Origin: an uncultured Myxococcaceae bacterium
GTDB lineage: Bacteria; Myxococcota_A; UBA9160
Direction of reading: 5' to 3'
Assembly: GCA_964505355.1 (NCBI GenBank)
Contig: CAZDHU010000035.1
Coordinates: 2,002 to 66,001 of the forward strand
Length of the DNA: 64,000 nt
The notes beneath the pieces were generated by a model. It was not told the DNA's origin, ran no database searches, and worked only from the letters and a program-made list of their open reading frames with translations. The position numbers and the translations under genes were made by a program. Of the stretch, positions 61,736-64,000 are shown one piece after another (position 1 is the first letter of the stretch; each line of letters begins with the position of its first letter).

Positions 61736-63619
61736 TCAGATCCGCACCTTCAGTGCTTCGAGCGTGCGCGGCTTCGGTACACCGGCCGCATCCCATCCGC
61801 GCAGTGCGTAGTAGCGCGGCAACAGCTTCGCGAGCGGATGCCCGGCGCTGGCCCCTCGAAACGTCGGCTCGTCGAGCATGCGTCGCGGCAGCGTGTCGTC
61901 CGCGGCGGTGAAGCCTTCGCGCAGGTTGTACATCCGCTCGAGATTGAAGATGCGCGCGCCGATCTCCTGCAGATGTCCGCCGGAGAAGGTCGATCCGGTG
62001 ATGTAGGTCAGCCATTTTTCGTACCACATCATCGGTCGGCCCTTGATCGCCATCGCCGTTCGCATCAGCGGTCCGCTGTTCTCGAGCAGCGTCGAGAGCG
62101 CGCGATGGGGCAGCGAGTTCGGATTCATTTGATGGACCTGCTTCGGAATCATCCCGTAGGTGGTGAAGATGCAGAGCACCATCGAGTTGATCGCGCAGGC
62201 GAGATTCTGCTGCAGCATCGGGATGTCGGCCTTCAGCTTCAGACTCCTCGGATCGATCGTCAGCGGTCCGACCGATTCGAGGTACATGCTGCCACCCTGG
62301 ACGTGACAGCCGCCTCGATTCGTGGTCGCGTACTCGACACCCTGCGCGAACGAACCGCGCGGATCGTAGGCCGAGAGCTCGAGCCCCTTGACGTGCATCG
62401 CGAACTCTCGCCCGCCGAACTTCTCGCTCATGCGGCGGGTACCGTCGGCGAGATCGTTGCCCGCGCCGCGCCGATGCGCGATGTCGCGGATCGCGTCGCC
62501 GATGTTGCTCACGTCTCCGAAACGCAGACCCGGATTCCAGAGCCCTCGTTCCTGCAGCTCCATCGCGAAGCTCAGACTGGCTCCGAGGCTGATCGTGTCC
62601 ATGCCGAGGTCGTCGGCGAGGTAGTTCCACTCCGAGATCTTCTTCAGATCGAAGACTTCGAGGTTGCTGCCGAGCAGCGCCAGCGTTTCGTACTCCGGCC
62701 CCTTCACGCGACCGACGCCTTCGACGTCGACGTCGCGGCCACAGGTCACCGGACAATGGAGACAGCTCGTTTTGACCCCGCGAAGCTCGTGATCCTCCAT
62801 GAACTCGCCGGAGATGCTCATCGCGTCCGGGTGATGTCCGAGCGCGAAGTTTCGAGTCGGCAGGATGTTTCGCGCATTGGTCGTGTTGACGATTCCGGCC
62901 GTGCCATGGCGCTTCAGCTTCTCGCCGAGAACGGGATGCTCCTTGAACATCTCGCGCACCCATTTCGTGTACTCACGGAACTTCTCGGGATCGTCCATTC
63001 CGAGTTTCCGCGTTCCGCCGACCGAAATCGCCTTCAGGCGCTTCGAGCCCATGACCGCGCCGACTCCGGTGCGCCCCGCCATCCGTTCGTCGGAGACGAT
63101 GCCCGCGTAGAGCACGCGGTTCTCTCCGGCCGGCCCGATCACTGCGTGGTGCTGCTTCTTGTTCAGCCGTCGCTGCGTTTCGTACGTGCCGAGGCCCCAC
63201 AAATCGTCGGCGGGCAGAAACTCGACGTGGCTCGCGTCCCCGTCGACCGCGAGACGAACCGGCGTCGCGGACTGGCCGCTCACGACCAGCACGTCGATTC
63301 CCGCGCGCTTGAGGCCGTAGGCGAACGATCCGCCGCAGGCCGCGTTGCCGATGCCGCCGGTCAGAGGGCTCTTGCAGACGACGGCAAACCGGTTCGATTG
63401 CGGTGCGACGGATCCGTTGAGCGGCCCGGTCGCGAAGACGAGAGGGTTGGCCGGACCGAGCGGATCGATGCCGGGTGCGGTTCGGTCGTAGAGCAAACGC
63501 GTTCCGTAGCCTTTGCCACCGATGTACATCCGCGCGATCTCTTCATCGAGCGGCTCGAACGAGAACGTGCGTGCCGAGAGGTTCACTTCGAGCACGCGTC
63601 CCGCGTAGCCATCGATCAT
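61736..63619 (-). CDS. aor: Aldehyde:ferredoxin oxidoreductase family (tungstopterin enzyme)
   Basis: 627 aa. AOR_N-type N-terminus (GRVLEVNLS...IGGKGYGTRLL, SPLTGG) and a C-terminal domain with the Cys ligand context (LHCPVTCGR, TNRGGCH). Confidence 0.9.
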   Translation of the reverse strand: MIDGYAGRVLEVNLSARTFSFEPLDEEIARMYIGGKGYGTRLLYDRTAPGIDPLGPANPLVFATGPLNGSVAPQSNRFAVVCKSPLTGGIGNAACGGSFAYGLKRAGIDVLVVSGQSATPVRLAVDGDASHVEFLPADDLWGLGTYETQRRLNKKQHHAVIGPAGENRVLYAGIVSDERMAGRTGVGAVMGSKRLKAISVGGTRKLGMDDPEKFREYTKWVREMFKEHPVLGEKLKRHGTAGIVNTTNARNILPTRNFALGHHPDAMSISGEFMEDHELRGVKTSCLHCPVTCGRDVDVEGVGRVKGPEYETLALLGSNLEVFDLKKISEWNYLADDLGMDTISLGASLSFAMELQERGLWNPGLRFGDVSNIGDAIRDIAHRRGAGNDLADGTRRMSEKFGGREFAMHVKGLELSAYDPRGSFAQGVEYATTNRGGCHVQGGSMYLESVGPLTIDPRSLKLKADIPMLQQNLACAINSMVLCIFTTYGMIPKQVHQMNPNSLPHRALSTLLENSGPLMRTAMAIKGRPMMWYEKWLTYITGSTFSGGHLQEIGARIFNLERMYNLREGFTAADDTLPRRMLDEPTFRGASAGHPLAKLLPRYYALRGWDAAGVPKPRTLEALKVRI

Positions 63620-64000
63620 CGAGCGTCTCCCCTGTCGTGCCGGTGCGGCGCCGTTTGGAAGACCATACCCGCCGGCCGCCGCGACGGCGCGCAGAATCGG
63701 CTCGCGGCTGCACTGGCCGACTCGGGTCGACCGGGGTCTGCGAGGGCGCGGGCCCGGCCGGCGCTAGATTGCACGAGCCACCGGGCCTGGCCGGAATCTC
63801 GGAGCCGCGCCGGGGTTCGGTCGGGCCACCGACCGGCCGATCAGTGGCGTTCCGGACGCGGAGCGACCGAACCCGCACGGACGATCGATTCGAGGAGGCA
63901 GCACCATCGCTCCGCTCGCAGAACGGATCTCGCGCATTCGCGAGCGCTATCGGGAGATCGCCGGAATCGCGGCGCCGCTCAAGGCTCCGCGCGCGTATGG

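Noticed and set aside
1-64000. Search for CRISPR arrays, tRNA/rRNA genes, transposases, integrases and terminal inverted repeats
   Set aside because: Nothing was recognised. Intergenic spacers are short and lack cloverleaf-like or regularly spaced repeat structure. No ORF shows DDE/tyrosine-recombinase motifs. The glycan locus has no obvious mobility signature.
63903-64000. Possible 3'-truncated plus-strand ORF at the window end (…IAPLAERISRIRERYREIAGIAAPLKAPRAY)
   Set aside because: It looks coding-like and follows a GAGGAGG sequence, but no canonical start codon is in register, fewer than 35 codons are visible and no family can be assigned.

Overview
High-GC window (roughly two-thirds to 70% G+C by eye) from a diderm bacterium (BamD, PilT present). 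I cannot assign a taxon from sequence alone. About 45 kb (1203..46433) is one very large surface-glycan biosynthesis locus. The right-hand 18 kb is ordinary housekeeping: bamD, TPR, CBS, cvpA, ispG, alaS, pilT, acnA and a tungsten-type aldehyde:ferredoxin oxidoreductase. The glycan locus forms two long minus-strand gene trains (29880->1203 and 44343->31323). Nearly every junction in them is a 4-nt ATGA/GTGA stop/start overlap. The locus encodes: (i) a GDP-D-glycero-alpha-D-manno-heptose pathway (hddA, an hddC-gmhA fusion, gmhB, plus a dedicated transaldolase and a second kinase/nucleotidyltransferase pair); (ii) many nucleotide-sugar tailoring enzymes (SDRs, epimerase/dehydratases, an Fcl-like enzyme, a ColD-like His-for-Lys PMP dehydratase, a Cys-less UGDH-family protein, three SAM methyltransferases, two B12-type radical SAM enzymes, a ThDP-dependent E1alpha/beta pair); (iii) two paralogous ~1030-1070-aa multi-domain glycosyltransferases, a Wzm/Wzt ABC exporter, a GtrB/CsbB-like plus YfhO-like extracytoplasmic glycosylation pair, and an SGNH hydrolase. 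The most interesting part is a four-gene cassette at 3184..7365. Its families and architectures match the Campylobacter jejuni O-methyl-phosphoramidate (MeOPN) donor pathway (Cj1418/Cj1417/Cj1416/Cj1415 equivalents). Here it is tightly coupled to two sulfotransferase-fold proteins and a methyltransferase. I propose the sulfotransferase-fold proteins are candidate phosphoramidate transferases using the PAPS-like donor. Other items flagged: a TIR-like gene embedded in the operon; an uncharacterised repeat module shared by a radical SAM enzyme and a sulfotransferase; and a G11 homopolymer on the ribosome-binding site of the first gene of the second operon. Caveats: all assignments come from reading motifs by eye, with no searches run. 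The supplied ORF track prints alternative starts (GTG/TTG) as M. Many long track ORFs are GC-driven read-throughs or antisense shadows, so I trimmed starts to positions that coincide with upstream stop codons and/or SD-like sequences. No rRNA, tRNA, CRISPR array or mobile element was recognised.
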